45,676 nt of DNA from Candidatus Thermofontivivens primus (GCA_031458695.1 JAVKJW010000017.1:1-45676), one strand, 5' to 3'. Counted from the stretch's first letter, positions 28,663 to 37,788 are shown. The notes: generated by a model from the letters alone, not told the origin. Made by a program: numbers and translations.

Positions 28663-28703
28663 AGTATAATACTTAACAATAGCATTGTCAAGAATCTTGA
28701 CAA
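28663..28703 (-). promoter_or_regulatory. Sigma70 promoter of hsp20 with overlapping palindromes
   Basis: TTGACA (28691-28686), 17 nt spacer, TATACT (28668-28663). Inverted repeats TTGTCAAGA-A-TCTTGACAA (28685-28703) and AAGTAT-A-ATACTT (28662-28674). Confidence 0.8.
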
Positions 28704-28755
28704 GGATGTGGGAAATCCGGGGTCGTGGTAAAATGACCCTAAAGGAGGTGAAGAG

Positions 28756-29268
28756 ATGGAACCCGTTCCGCTCTATGCGTACTTGGAGAAGGCGAGGGAG
28801 CGCCTGTTCGGCTGGGTCCTTCCCCTTTCCCTGGAACAGTATACCAGGAGCTTCCCCTTCGGACTCGGCAGTATCCGGGCCACCCTTTTGCATATGGCAT
28901 CTGCAGAATTCGCCTACGCCCATCGTATCGTAGGCGAGCCGGTCCCCCCACCCCAGGAGCGCCCGTTTACCGAAGACCGGCTCCCCGATCCGGCTTCCCT
29001 CTGGAAGGCCTGGCGCGACCAGGCGGAGAAGACCCGGCGTGTCCTGGCCGATATCCAGGACTGGTCCAGATCCATCGAGTACAAAACTCAGACGGAAGGA
29101 GGGAAAGTGGTCACAGTACGCACGACAGCTGGCGGAATTGCAGCCCAGCTCGTGTGTCATGAGGTTCACCATCGCGCCCAGGTCATGGCCATGCTGAAGC
29201 ACATGGGGATCAAGGCCGAAAACCTCGACTACTCTTTCCTGATGTTCGAGCGTGAGGTGGAGGGCTAA
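28756..29268 (+). CDS. DinB/YfiT-family metalloprotein
   Basis: SIRATLLHMASAE and HEVHHRAQV His triad; SD AAGGAGGTG; extended -10 TGGTAAAAT at 28726-28734. Confidence 0.88.
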   Translation: MEPVPLYAYLEKARERLFGWVLPLSLEQYTRSFPFGLGSIRATLLHMASAEFAYAHRIVGEPVPPPQERPFTEDRLPDPASLWKAWRDQAEKTRRVLADIQDWSRSIEYKTQTEGGKVVTVRTTAGGIAAQLVCHEVHHRAQVMAMLKHMGIKAENLDYSFLMFEREVEG

Positions 29269-29386
29269 CGTAGACCTCACGGCACGCCAGATGTGACTCC
29301 AGGAAGCCTCCAAGTCGTCGGGAGACGGAGTTCACAGGAAGGCCTGCAGGAATTTTCCTGGGGGCCATGGAAACCAGGACGTGGAA

Positions 29387-30193
29387 ATGCCTGAGCTTCC
29401 AGAGGTCGAGGCAGCCAAGCGAAGCCTAGAAAAGACCGTCTTGGGCAAAGTCGTCGCCCGCGCCGAAGTCTTGCGCCCTGTTGCCCTGCGCACGCACTCT
29501 CCGAAGGAGTTCCACAGGATCCTGGAAGGGCGCAAGATCTCAGGGGTGGACAGAAGAGGGAAGGCGCTCCTCATCGGATTTGACCAGGAGTGGACCCTCA
29601 TCTTCCATTTTAAGTTGTGGGGGTGGGTACGCTACCATCCTTCCAATCCCAGGACGGACTCCGCCACCACAGCCATGGTGTATTTCAAAGACGGCTCGGG
29701 CATGGAGTTCCGAGAGCTCCAGCTCAGCACCTTGGACCTGGTCAGGACTGCGGAGCTGGAGAGGGTTGACTTCCTGGCGGAAATGGGCCTCGAGCCCCTC
29801 TCCACCGCGCTCACACTTCCTCGCTTCCGGAGCTTGGTGCAGGGACGGGGGAATATCAAGAACGTCTTGAGCGATCAGACCCGCATTGCAGGCATCGGGA
29901 ACCTCTGGGCTCATGAAATCTTGCACGCAGCCGGGATCCTCCCCCAACGGAAAGCCGACTCCCTCTCCGAAGAGGAGGTAGAGAAGCTCTTCAAGGCAAC
30001 ACGCGAGGTACTGAAGAAGGCTGTGGAGCTCGGAGGGGAGCCAGAGTTCCAGGATGCTCTGGGAAACTTCGGCAGATATCCCCTTGCCGTCTACAACCGG
30101 GAGAATCAACCTTGCCCACGGTGTGGGAAAAGGATCGTGCATACCCGCCTGGGCGGGAGGCCGTCGTACTACTGTCCAAACTGCCAGCACTGA
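29387..30193 (+). CDS. mutM: Fpg/Nei-family DNA glycosylase/AP lyase with atypical recognition residues
   Basis: MPELPEVE, RRGK, H2TH GIGN, zinc finger CPRC...GGR...CPNCQ. Confidence 0.85.
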   Translation: MPELPEVEAAKRSLEKTVLGKVVARAEVLRPVALRTHSPKEFHRILEGRKISGVDRRGKALLIGFDQEWTLIFHFKLWGWVRYHPSNPRTDSATTAMVYFKDGSGMEFRELQLSTLDLVRTAELERVDFLAEMGLEPLSTALTLPRFRSLVQGRGNIKNVLSDQTRIAGIGNLWAHEILHAAGILPQRKADSLSEEEVEKLFKATREVLKKAVELGGEPEFQDALGNFGRYPLAVYNRENQPCPRCGKRIVHTRLGGRPSYYCPNCQH

Positions 30194-30210
30194 GCACCCT
30201 TGAGCGTCCC

Positions 30211-31026
30211 ATGGCGATCATCACTTTTCTCTCAGATTTCGGAAGCCGGAGCCCATACCCTGCTGCCATGAAGGCCGTCGCCAGCGCGATTTGCCAGGCC
30301 ACCTTTCTCGACATCTCCCACGACGTCCGGCGCCACGACGTTCGGGAAGGTGCATACCTCCTGTTTGCGGTGGTGCCGTACTTTCCGGTGGGAACAGTCC
30401 ACGTGGCCGTCGTGGACCCAGGGGTTGGCACGGCCAGGGCGGGGCTCATCGTCACCGCAGGAGGGCAGTTCTTCGTGGGTCCGGACAACGGCCTCCTCCT
30501 CCCCGCCGCGCACAGATTGGGGAAGATCACTGTGTACCGCATCCAGAACCCCGCCTACTTCCACTCTCACGTCTCCCCCACCTTCCACGGCAGGGATATC
30601 TTCGCACCCGTCGGTGCCCACCTAGCGCGTGGTGTCCCTCCCGGGGAGATCGGGGAAAGAGTGGAAGAGTATGTGGACCTTGACTTCGGGAGGGGAGTTT
30701 GGGAGGATGGGTCTTTCTTGGGGAGGGTCGTGTACATTGATCCGTTCGGGAACTTGGTTACCAACATCCCTGGGGAGATGGTCCAAGGAGTGTGGAACCA
30801 CGGAGATCTCATTGTGGTAGAATCAAGGAAGTGGTCCATCGAGGTGACCTTCGCCCCCTCCTACGGGTTCGTACCACCCGGCCAATTTCTCGCGGCGATC
30901 GGGAGCGACGGCTTTCTTGAGATCGCGATCAACCAGGGAGACGCGGCCAGGGAGCTTGGAGCGGCAGTTGACCAGGAGATCCGGGTGAAGGGAATACGCG
31001 CAGACCGGGAGACGTTATCCAGATAA
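30211..31026 (+). CDS. SAM hydroxide adenosyltransferase (DUF62, chlorinase/fluorinase superfamily)
   Basis: FLSDFG, VVDPGVGTAR, GPDNG, SPTFHGRDIFAP, IDPFGNLVTNI; the Asp-Arg-His set typical of hydrolases is present. Confidence 0.92.
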   Translation: MAIITFLSDFGSRSPYPAAMKAVASAICQATFLDISHDVRRHDVREGAYLLFAVVPYFPVGTVHVAVVDPGVGTARAGLIVTAGGQFFVGPDNGLLLPAAHRLGKITVYRIQNPAYFHSHVSPTFHGRDIFAPVGAHLARGVPPGEIGERVEEYVDLDFGRGVWEDGSFLGRVVYIDPFGNLVTNIPGEMVQGVWNHGDLIVVESRKWSIEVTFAPSYGFVPPGQFLAAIGSDGFLEIAINQGDAARELGAAVDQEIRVKGIRADRETLSR

Positions 31027-31036
31027 GGGGAGAGCG

Positions 31037-31762
31037 GTGACTGAGGTCAACATCTTGATTGCCTTTGCCGCGGGGATCCTTGGGTTTATATCCCCTTGTG
31101 TCCTCCCCCTCATCCCCGGCTATATCTCTTTCGTCTCTGGGGTCTCCCTCCAGGAGTTACAGATCGGGGGAGGCAAAGTAGTCCCAAGGGTACTCCTAGC
31201 CAGCCTCTTGTTTGTCTTGGGGTTCTCCCTGGTCTTCACGGCCATGGGTGCATCCGCCTCGCTTGTGGGGAGCTTCATCATCTCCAACCGTTCCCTCCTC
31301 GGGAGGATTGGGGGCATCCTCATTATCCTCTTGGGCCTTATGGTGCTGGGCGTGATCAAGGCGCCCTTAATTTATCGCGAACGCAGGCTTCACCTCTCCC
31401 ACCAGCCCTTTGGACTCATAGGAGCCATCCCTGTGGGGATGGCCTTTGGCTTCGCCTGGATCCCTTGCGTGGGCCCTGTCCTCACGGCTGTTCTGACTAT
31501 GGCAGCGACTCTGAACACGGTGAGGCAGGGATCGATCCTCTTGTTCAGTTACGCCATGGGCCTAGGAATCCCGTTCCTGCTGACAGCCCTCCTCCTCACC
31601 CTCTCTATTGACTTCCTGGGGTGGGCACGACGGTACAGCAGGTACGTAACGGCGGCGAGCGGGGTGTTCCTTCTCGTCATGGGATTGGCCATGGCGTTCG
31701 ATGTGATTTACCAGTTGAACACTTGGATCATCCGCCTGTTCCCGTTCAGGCCTCCGATCTAA
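31037..31762 (+). CDS. ccdA: Cytochrome c biogenesis protein CcdA (DsbD transmembrane domain)
   Basis: FISPCVLPLIPGY and AWIPCVGPVL redox Cys motifs; six TM segments. Confidence 0.93.
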   Translation: MTEVNILIAFAAGILGFISPCVLPLIPGYISFVSGVSLQELQIGGGKVVPRVLLASLLFVLGFSLVFTAMGASASLVGSFIISNRSLLGRIGGILIILLGLMVLGVIKAPLIYRERRLHLSHQPFGLIGAIPVGMAFGFAWIPCVGPVLTAVLTMAATLNTVRQGSILLFSYAMGLGIPFLLTALLLTLSIDFLGWARRYSRYVTAASGVFLLVMGLAMAFDVIYQLNTWIIRLFPFRPPI

Positions 31763-31818
31763 GTAAGATTTTGCTGAGAACCTGTAACGGGCACTGAAAT
31801 AGTGGGAGGAAGTTAACG

Positions 31819-33207
31819 GTGAGGGGCAAACGTGAACCTATGATGAGACATAGCTACCGGGCGATCGGTATCTTCCTCCTTGTCCTGGCGATCCTTGCCG
31901 CCTCGGTTACTCCCCTCGCCTCGCAAGCAAGCGATGCTGAGCTTGTGCTCCAAGCCCTCACGGTGCTGCGGGAGCATTACGTAGACCCCCTTGATCCGAT
32001 CACGCTCTTGAACGCCGCCATCGGCGGGATCCGTCGGGTGCTCTCTGGAGCAGGACTTCCTGTCGATTCCCTGGCGGCCCTCCCTCCAGGCCTCCCTGAG
32101 GGTGAGGCGCGCCAAGTCTTTCTTGCTACCTTCACCACCGCGTCTACACAATACCAGGGGCCTGCGCGCGAGCTTGCTTATGCCGCTATCCGGGCGATGA
32201 CCGAATCCCTCCACGACTCCCACACCGCCTTCCTCGGCCCCGAGCAGTACCAGGAGCGCCTCCGGCAACAAAGGGGAGAGCCGGCGTTCAGCGGGGTTGG
32301 TATCATCCTCATGGAGCGAGGGGGAAAGTTCTATGTCCGGGAGGTGATCCCTGGAGGACCGGCGGAGGCCGCTGGGGTGCGTCCACTGGACAGGATCGTG
32401 ATGGTCGATGGCAGGCCCACGAGCGGGATGACCATCAGCCAGATCTCAACCCTCATCCGGGGACCCACTGGGACAACTGTCATACTCTCCATCCAGAGGG
32501 CAGGGGTCCCGGAGCCTCTCGTGATCCCGATCACGCGCTCCCCCATTCGCCTGCCCGCCGTGCGGGCGGAGCGCATCGAGCAGGGGATCCTGTATCTCCG
32601 TATCTATGGGTTCAACCCGGGAACCGCAGCGCAGATCCAGGACGCCATCTACAGGCTTGGAGGTTTGCAAGACGAAGCGATGATCCTGGATCTAAGGGGG
32701 AACCCAGGCGGTTTCCTCAACGAGCTCACCAGGGTCGCGGAGCTCTTCCTCCCCCGGGGGACTCCCATCTACCAGATGCGGGAGCGCGAGATGCCCGCAG
32801 TCACTGTGAGGACGCGATCGGTCCCCCTGATTCCTCCCTGGACCAGGGTCTCTGTCCTCATTGACGAAGGGAGTGCGTCCGCAGCGGAACTTCTGAGTGC
32901 GGCGTTCCAGGAGAGCGGCCGGGGGACCCTGGTTGGCACGAAGACGGCGGGGGCAGTGGAAGCGAGCATCCTCATCCGGCTTTCCGACGGTTCTGCCCTC
33001 AGCGTGACCGTGGCTCGCATGTACACAGGCCTGGGAAAACGCCTAGAGGGAGAGGGAGTGACTCCGGACATCCCCGTTGATCTCAGCGATGCCGACCTGG
33101 ACGCGGGGCGGGATAGCCAGCTTGAGGCTGCCATCCGCATCGCACTCCCCACGCCCGCAGAAGTCACCCTTCCTCACCGGGCTCCTCAACTGGTCTTCCA
33201 ATTTTAG
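31819..33207 (+). CDS. S41-family periplasmic protease with PDZ domain
   Basis: Signal peptide, GVGI...GGPAEAAGV PDZ, LDLRGNPGG, SASAAE, GVTPD. Confidence 0.92.
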   Translation: MRGKREPMMRHSYRAIGIFLLVLAILAASVTPLASQASDAELVLQALTVLREHYVDPLDPITLLNAAIGGIRRVLSGAGLPVDSLAALPPGLPEGEARQVFLATFTTASTQYQGPARELAYAAIRAMTESLHDSHTAFLGPEQYQERLRQQRGEPAFSGVGIILMERGGKFYVREVIPGGPAEAAGVRPLDRIVMVDGRPTSGMTISQISTLIRGPTGTTVILSIQRAGVPEPLVIPITRSPIRLPAVRAERIEQGILYLRIYGFNPGTAAQIQDAIYRLGGLQDEAMILDLRGNPGGFLNELTRVAELFLPRGTPIYQMREREMPAVTVRTRSVPLIPPWTRVSVLIDEGSASAAELLSAAFQESGRGTLVGTKTAGAVEASILIRLSDGSALSVTVARMYTGLGKRLEGEGVTPDIPVDLSDADLDAGRDSQLEAAIRIALPTPAEVTLPHRAPQLVFQF

Positions 33208-33316
33208 CAACCCACAGCGAGGGAACCCAGCCCCTCCAACTTTTTGCAGGGGCTTTCCCCATTTTGCCCGAATCATCACCCTGTGTGGGAGGCAACCATC
33301 CCAACCGGTGATCGTG

Positions 33317-34387
33317 ATGACGTCCCCGTACGAGTGCGAAGTGCGCTTCCCCATCCACGACCTAAAAACCTTCCTGGATCGCATCGAGAAGATGGGAGGG
33401 AGGGTTCTCTACGAGTATCGCTTCACCGATCACTATTTCCGACCCAGCAGCGGACACGCAGGAATCGGGGCGGAGCTCGCACGATGGGGAAGGGATTGGT
33501 CTCTCCCAACGACCCTCACAACCCTGCGCATCCGGGAGTGGTTCTCCCCCAAAAGAACGAGCGAGGTTCTCCTCACGAAGGTGGAGGTGCAGAGGAGGGG
33601 TAACCTCACCTTCAAACGCTCGACCTACCCTGAGGGGAAGATCACCCTGTACGAAGGCCCTGCGGAGCGGGCAGTTGGAATTCTCGCCGATCTTGGCTAC
33701 GAACCATGGCTCTCCATCCGGAAGACGGAGTGTGCCATGATGGAGATCCCCGGGTGGGGCCACTTGATCCGTGAATATATCGATGGCCTGGGATGGATGA
33801 GCGAGGTGGAGGTTGCTGGGGAAAGCGTCGAGGAAGCAGCAGAGCGCCTTCAAAGCAAGCTCGAGGTCCTCGGCGTCGACGTACAGGAGACCTCTCCGGA
33901 GCCTCTCGTTGTCCTCTACGCCAGGCACCTAGGGCTCCTCCCACGGGAAAGTCAGGGGCGGATCAGGGTGTACTTCGCCGGGGCGATCCGGGGAGGACGC
34001 CAGCTCCAGCACATCTACCAGCTGATGGTCTCCTGGCTCCAGGAACGCGGGGTGGAGGTGCTCACCCCCCATGTCGCGGATCCGGAGGTGCTGGTGAAGG
34101 AGGCTTCCCTCCTGCCAACCCCAGAGGCGATCTACCACCGGGACATGTCCTGGCTCGTGGCCTGCGATCTTGTCGTCGCAGAGGTCACGGTCCCCTCCCT
34201 CGGCGTGGGGATCGAGCTGGCCACCGCTGCCACGTTTGGCAAACCTATCCTGGCGTTCTGCCAGGAGGGCACCGCCCTCTCTGCGCTCGTAGCCGGAAAC
34301 CCGCATATCCACGTGATCTGGTATAGGGAGGTGGAAGACCTCAGGAGAAAGCTGGATGAAGCCCTCCCCCGTTACTCGAAGCCATAA
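33317..34387 (+). CDS. Fusion of a CYTH (triphosphate tunnel) domain and a DNPH1/Rcl-type deoxynucleotide N-hydrolase
   Basis: N-half: ECEVRF, DHYF, LRIR, GLGWMSEVE. C-half: VYFAGAIRGGR, VLTPHV, DMSWL..CDLVVAEVTVPSLGVGIEL, LSALVAG. Start placed at ATG 33317. Confidence 0.82.
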   Translation: MTSPYECEVRFPIHDLKTFLDRIEKMGGRVLYEYRFTDHYFRPSSGHAGIGAELARWGRDWSLPTTLTTLRIREWFSPKRTSEVLLTKVEVQRRGNLTFKRSTYPEGKITLYEGPAERAVGILADLGYEPWLSIRKTECAMMEIPGWGHLIREYIDGLGWMSEVEVAGESVEEAAERLQSKLEVLGVDVQETSPEPLVVLYARHLGLLPRESQGRIRVYFAGAIRGGRQLQHIYQLMVSWLQERGVEVLTPHVADPEVLVKEASLLPTPEAIYHRDMSWLVACDLVVAEVTVPSLGVGIELATAATFGKPILAFCQEGTALSALVAGNPHIHVIWYREVEDLRRKLDEALPRYSKP

Positions 34388-34467
34388 GCGCCCAGGCTTC
34401 ATTCGACCTGGAACACGACAACGCAAGCCCTTACCCTTACTGCTGCATCGACGGAGGAGAAGATCCG

Positions 34468-36219
34468 ATGTTACCCAGCGAGCGACTTCGCGACAAGTTG
34501 ATCACGCTGGATGGGAAGGGATACACCGCGTACAAGACCATCGCCGGGGAGTACCGGTTCCCCACGTTCGTCCTGTACATCGACCACGTACAACAGGACC
34601 CCTTCGCCACGCCCTCCCTGGTCCGGGTGCGGATGGATATGGCAGAGTGCCAGTTCCCCCCGCACCTCTGGAGCAACCGAGTCCGGAAAATGGCCCTGGA
34701 GGACTTCATCACCCGCCAAGTGCACAGCGCCATCCGCCGGTTCGTCAAGGGCCACCGGGGAACAGGGCGTTCCGGGATGATTACCGTGGATGTGGGAGGG
34801 CAGGAGGTCCTTCCGCGCACAAGTTGCCTTGTTCATGAAGATTACGTGGAGGTACGCCTCTCCATGGGGCTGCCAGGCGATGGGCGGAGGATCCAGGCGA
34901 AGGAAGCTATGGCAATGTTCTTCGAGGAGCTCCCCAAGATCGTCGAGGCCTCCCTGGTCTATCGCAACTTGGATCCACGCGCTGCAGAGCGCCACGTCAA
35001 CGTGGTCGAAGACCAGGAGGCGCTTCGTGAGCAGCTCCCCGAACGTGGCCTGGTCGCCTTCGTTGCGGACGACTCCGTCCTTCCCAGGGAGAGCGGGGTG
35101 AGCGATCGACCCCTCCGGCACTCTCGGGTGGTGCGGTTTACAAGCCCCGAGGAGCTCCGGTGCACCCTGCATGCGCCCAACCGCGGACAGATCAGCGGGA
35201 TGGGAATCCCCCGGGGAGTCACCCTCATTGTGGGGGGAGGATACCACGGGAAGTCCACTCTGCTCCAGGCGCTCCAGCGTGCCGTCTACCCGCATATCCC
35301 CGGCGATGGCCGGGAGTACGTCGTCACCGTCCGGGACGCCGTGAAGATCCGCGCGGAAGACGGGAGGCGCATCGAAAAGGTAGACATCAGCCCGTTCATC
35401 TCCAACCTGCCTTTTGGAGAGGACACCACATCATTCTGCACCGAGAACGCCTCTGGATCGACCTCTCAAGCTGCCAACATTATGGAGGCCCTGGAGGCCG
35501 GCACTTCCCTCCTCCTTATGGACGAGGATACCTGCGCGACCAATTTCATGATCCGCGACGAGATGATGCAGCGCCTCGTTCCGAAGGAAAAAGAACCCAT
35601 CACCCCGTTCATCGATCAGGTACGCAGGCTATATGAGGAGTACGGCGTTTCCACCATCCTGGTGATGGGAGGCTCTGGGGATTATTTTGAGGTGGCCGAT
35701 GTGGTGATCATGATGGACTGCTACCGCGCGCGGGTGGTCACAGCCGAGGCCAAGCGCATCGCCAGCGAGAGGCAGGATCGGCGCGTGCCGGAGGGACCCG
35801 AGAGGTTAGGCCCCATCCGCGCCCGGGTCCCCCTGGCCGAGGGATTCAACCCCTACCGGGGAAAGCGCGTGCGTGTAGAGGCGAAGGGCCTGCGCACGCT
35901 GCTATTCGGCAGGGAGGTCATCGATCTCTGGGCCCTCGAACAGCTCGTGGATGAGAGCCAGACAAGAGCCATTGGTGAGGTCATTGTTTACGCCCTGGAG
36001 AAGGGATATTTCGACGGGGAATCTTCCCTTGGAGAGATCCTGGACCGCATCGAGGAGGATATCCAAACCCACGGCCTGGAGGTGATCTCCCCCTGGAAAG
36101 GAGGACATCCTGGCGACTACGCCCTCCCTCGCCGCCAGGAGATCGCCGCGGCCATCAACCGCCTGCGCACCCTCGTGGTGCGCCAGAGAGAAGCAAGGAA
36201 CCCCAACCAAATCCTTTGA
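34468..36219 (+). CDS. Predicted soluble ABC-class ATPase (ABC_ATPase / MRB1590-like)
   Basis: DHVQQDPFATPS, GGGYHGKSTLL (Walker A), NASGSTSQAANI, LLMDEDTCATNFMIRD, AAINRLR. Confidence 0.9.
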   Translation: MLPSERLRDKLITLDGKGYTAYKTIAGEYRFPTFVLYIDHVQQDPFATPSLVRVRMDMAECQFPPHLWSNRVRKMALEDFITRQVHSAIRRFVKGHRGTGRSGMITVDVGGQEVLPRTSCLVHEDYVEVRLSMGLPGDGRRIQAKEAMAMFFEELPKIVEASLVYRNLDPRAAERHVNVVEDQEALREQLPERGLVAFVADDSVLPRESGVSDRPLRHSRVVRFTSPEELRCTLHAPNRGQISGMGIPRGVTLIVGGGYHGKSTLLQALQRAVYPHIPGDGREYVVTVRDAVKIRAEDGRRIEKVDISPFISNLPFGEDTTSFCTENASGSTSQAANIMEALEAGTSLLLMDEDTCATNFMIRDEMMQRLVPKEKEPITPFIDQVRRLYEEYGVSTILVMGGSGDYFEVADVVIMMDCYRARVVTAEAKRIASERQDRRVPEGPERLGPIRARVPLAEGFNPYRGKRVRVEAKGLRTLLFGREVIDLWALEQLVDESQTRAIGEVIVYALEKGYFDGESSLGEILDRIEEDIQTHGLEVISPWKGGHPGDYALPRRQEIAAAINRLRTLVVRQREARNPNQIL

Positions 36220-36257
36220 CACGATCTGCCGAGGTATTCCGGCAACGCGCCTTGTAT

Positions 36258-36286
36258 TTGCCTTCTTCTCTACAAGAGGGTATACT
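36258..36286 (+). promoter_or_regulatory. Sigma70-like promoter of the lemA-TPM operon
   Basis: TTGCCT, 17 nt spacer, TATACT. Confidence 0.6.
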
Positions 36287-36321
36287 TGAGGTCGGCCAAA
36301 AACTCCGGGGAGGAAAGGTCC

Positions 36322-36909
36322 ATGCGTGGCCTCGTGATCGTCGCTCTGGTGATTCTCCTCTTGCTCGTTGTGGTAGGAGGCTCCCTCGCGGGCACCTACA
36401 ACAGGCTGGTGCAGGCAAGCCAGCAGGTAGACCAGTCCTGGGCCAACGTAGAAACCCAGTACCAGCGCCGCTTTGACCTCATCCCCAACCTTGTCGAGGC
36501 TACCAAAGGCTTCCTCCAACAGGAAAGGGCCATCTTTGGGCAGATCGCCGAGGCGCGGACGAGGTATGCGGGGGCACGCACGCCATCTGAACGCGTTGAG
36601 GCAGCCAACCAGCTTGAAGGCGCCCTTGCCCGCCTCTTGGTGATCGTAGAGAACTACCCTACCTTGAGATCCAGCGAGACGGTCCAGCGCCTCATGGCCG
36701 AGCTGGCCGGGACCGAGAACGAGATCGCCTTTGCTCGGCGTGCGTATAACCAAACGGTCCTCCAGTACAACACGCTCGTCAAGACCTTCCCAACGAACCT
36801 CGTAGCAGGTTTCTTGGGTTTCCGGGAACGACCGTTCTTCCAGGCTCAGCCTGGGGCGGAGCGCGCGCCACGTATTGACCTGACGATCCCGCAGCAGACC
36901 AAACCGTAA
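36322..36909 (+). CDS. lemA: LemA family protein (copy 1)
   Basis: N-terminal TM, YNRLV, QRRFDLIPNLV, ENYPTL, GTENEIAFARRAYN, FPTN. Confidence 0.95.
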   Translation: MRGLVIVALVILLLLVVVGGSLAGTYNRLVQASQQVDQSWANVETQYQRRFDLIPNLVEATKGFLQQERAIFGQIAEARTRYAGARTPSERVEAANQLEGALARLLVIVENYPTLRSSETVQRLMAELAGTENEIAFARRAYNQTVLQYNTLVKTFPTNLVAGFLGFRERPFFQAQPGAERAPRIDLTIPQQTKP

Positions 36910-36912
36910 CCC

Positions 36913-37788
36913 ATGCGGCACATCCGCCTGTGGCCCATCATCGGAGCGTTCCTGCTCCTCCTCGCGGCGTACGCCGCCGCCTCTCCCGCTTTCCCTCCTG
37001 CCACAGGCTTTGTGAACGACTTTGCTGGCATCCTGGATCCCATCACCCGCGCGGAGCTGGAATCCAGGTTACAGGCCTACGAGAAGCAGACGACCAATGA
37101 GATCGCCATCGCCATCTTCCCGGACCTGGGAGGGACCCCCATCGAGGAGTTCGCCGTCCGCCTGGAGGAGGCGTGGAAAGTCGGCAAGCAAGGAAAGGAC
37201 AACGGGGTCCTCCTGGTGGTGGCCATGCGCGAGCGGCAGGTGCGCATTGAGGTGGGCTACGGCCTAGAGGGCCGCCTTCCTGATAGCGAGGCCGGGAGGA
37301 TCATCCGGGAGATCATCGTCCCCCGCTTCCGCCAGGGGGAGTTCGGCCGCGGGCTTATAGAGGCAGTGGATGCGATCATCACCGCGATTGGGGAAAACTC
37401 CACGCAGCCGGGAACGCCTCTGAAACCGGTTCGATGGAGCATATCCGGTCAATTCTGGCTTGCTTTGGCTTTCGCCATCGCCATCTTTGCCGCGGTGATT
37501 CTTTCCCAGAGGGCCTCCAGGAGGCGCTGCCCGCGTTGCGGTACTGTTCTGGAAGTTACGGAGCGGGAGCTTCCTAGCCACCTTGGGATGGCCAGGTGGT
37601 ACCGCATCTACACCTGCCCCCAATGCGGCTACCGGGAGAAGCTCCTGATCTCGAGGAGACCCACGCCTTTTGGAGGGTGGATCGGTCCGATCCCCGGAGG
37701 GTGGGGGAGCGGAGGATTCGGAGGGGGAGGTTTCGGTGGGTTCGGTGGAGGCGCCTCTGGAGGGGGAGGAGCAACGGGGCGATGGTAA
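36913..37788 (+). CDS. TPM-domain (YgcG-like) membrane protein with Zn-ribbon and Gly-rich tail
   Basis: VNDFAGIL, DNGVLL, RIEVGYGLEG, TM, CPRC...CPQC, FGGGASGGGGATGRW. Confidence 0.92.
   Translation: MRHIRLWPIIGAFLLLLAAYAAASPAFPPATGFVNDFAGILDPITRAELESRLQAYEKQTTNEIAIAIFPDLGGTPIEEFAVRLEEAWKVGKQGKDNGVLLVVAMRERQVRIEVGYGLEGRLPDSEAGRIIREIIVPRFRQGEFGRGLIEAVDAIITAIGENSTQPGTPLKPVRWSISGQFWLALAFAIAIFAAVILSQRASRRRCPRCGTVLEVTERELPSHLGMARWYRIYTCPQCGYREKLLISRRPTPFGGWIGPIPGGWGSGGFGGGGFGGFGGGASGGGGATGRW

Noticed and set aside
30211..31026. Fluorinase or chlorinase assignment
   Set aside because: The Asp-Arg-His hydrolase residues are present and there is no halometabolite cluster.
33077..33316. N-terminal extension of the CYTH fusion given in the ORF track
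   Set aside because: Overlaps the S41 gene; the CYTH ExE motif normally lies at the extreme N-terminus, which fits ATG 33317.
33210..33316. Possible riboswitch upstream of the CYTH fusion
   Set aside because: Only short hairpins (AGCCCCT/AGGGGCT, TGGGA/TCCCA); no aptamer consensus recognised.
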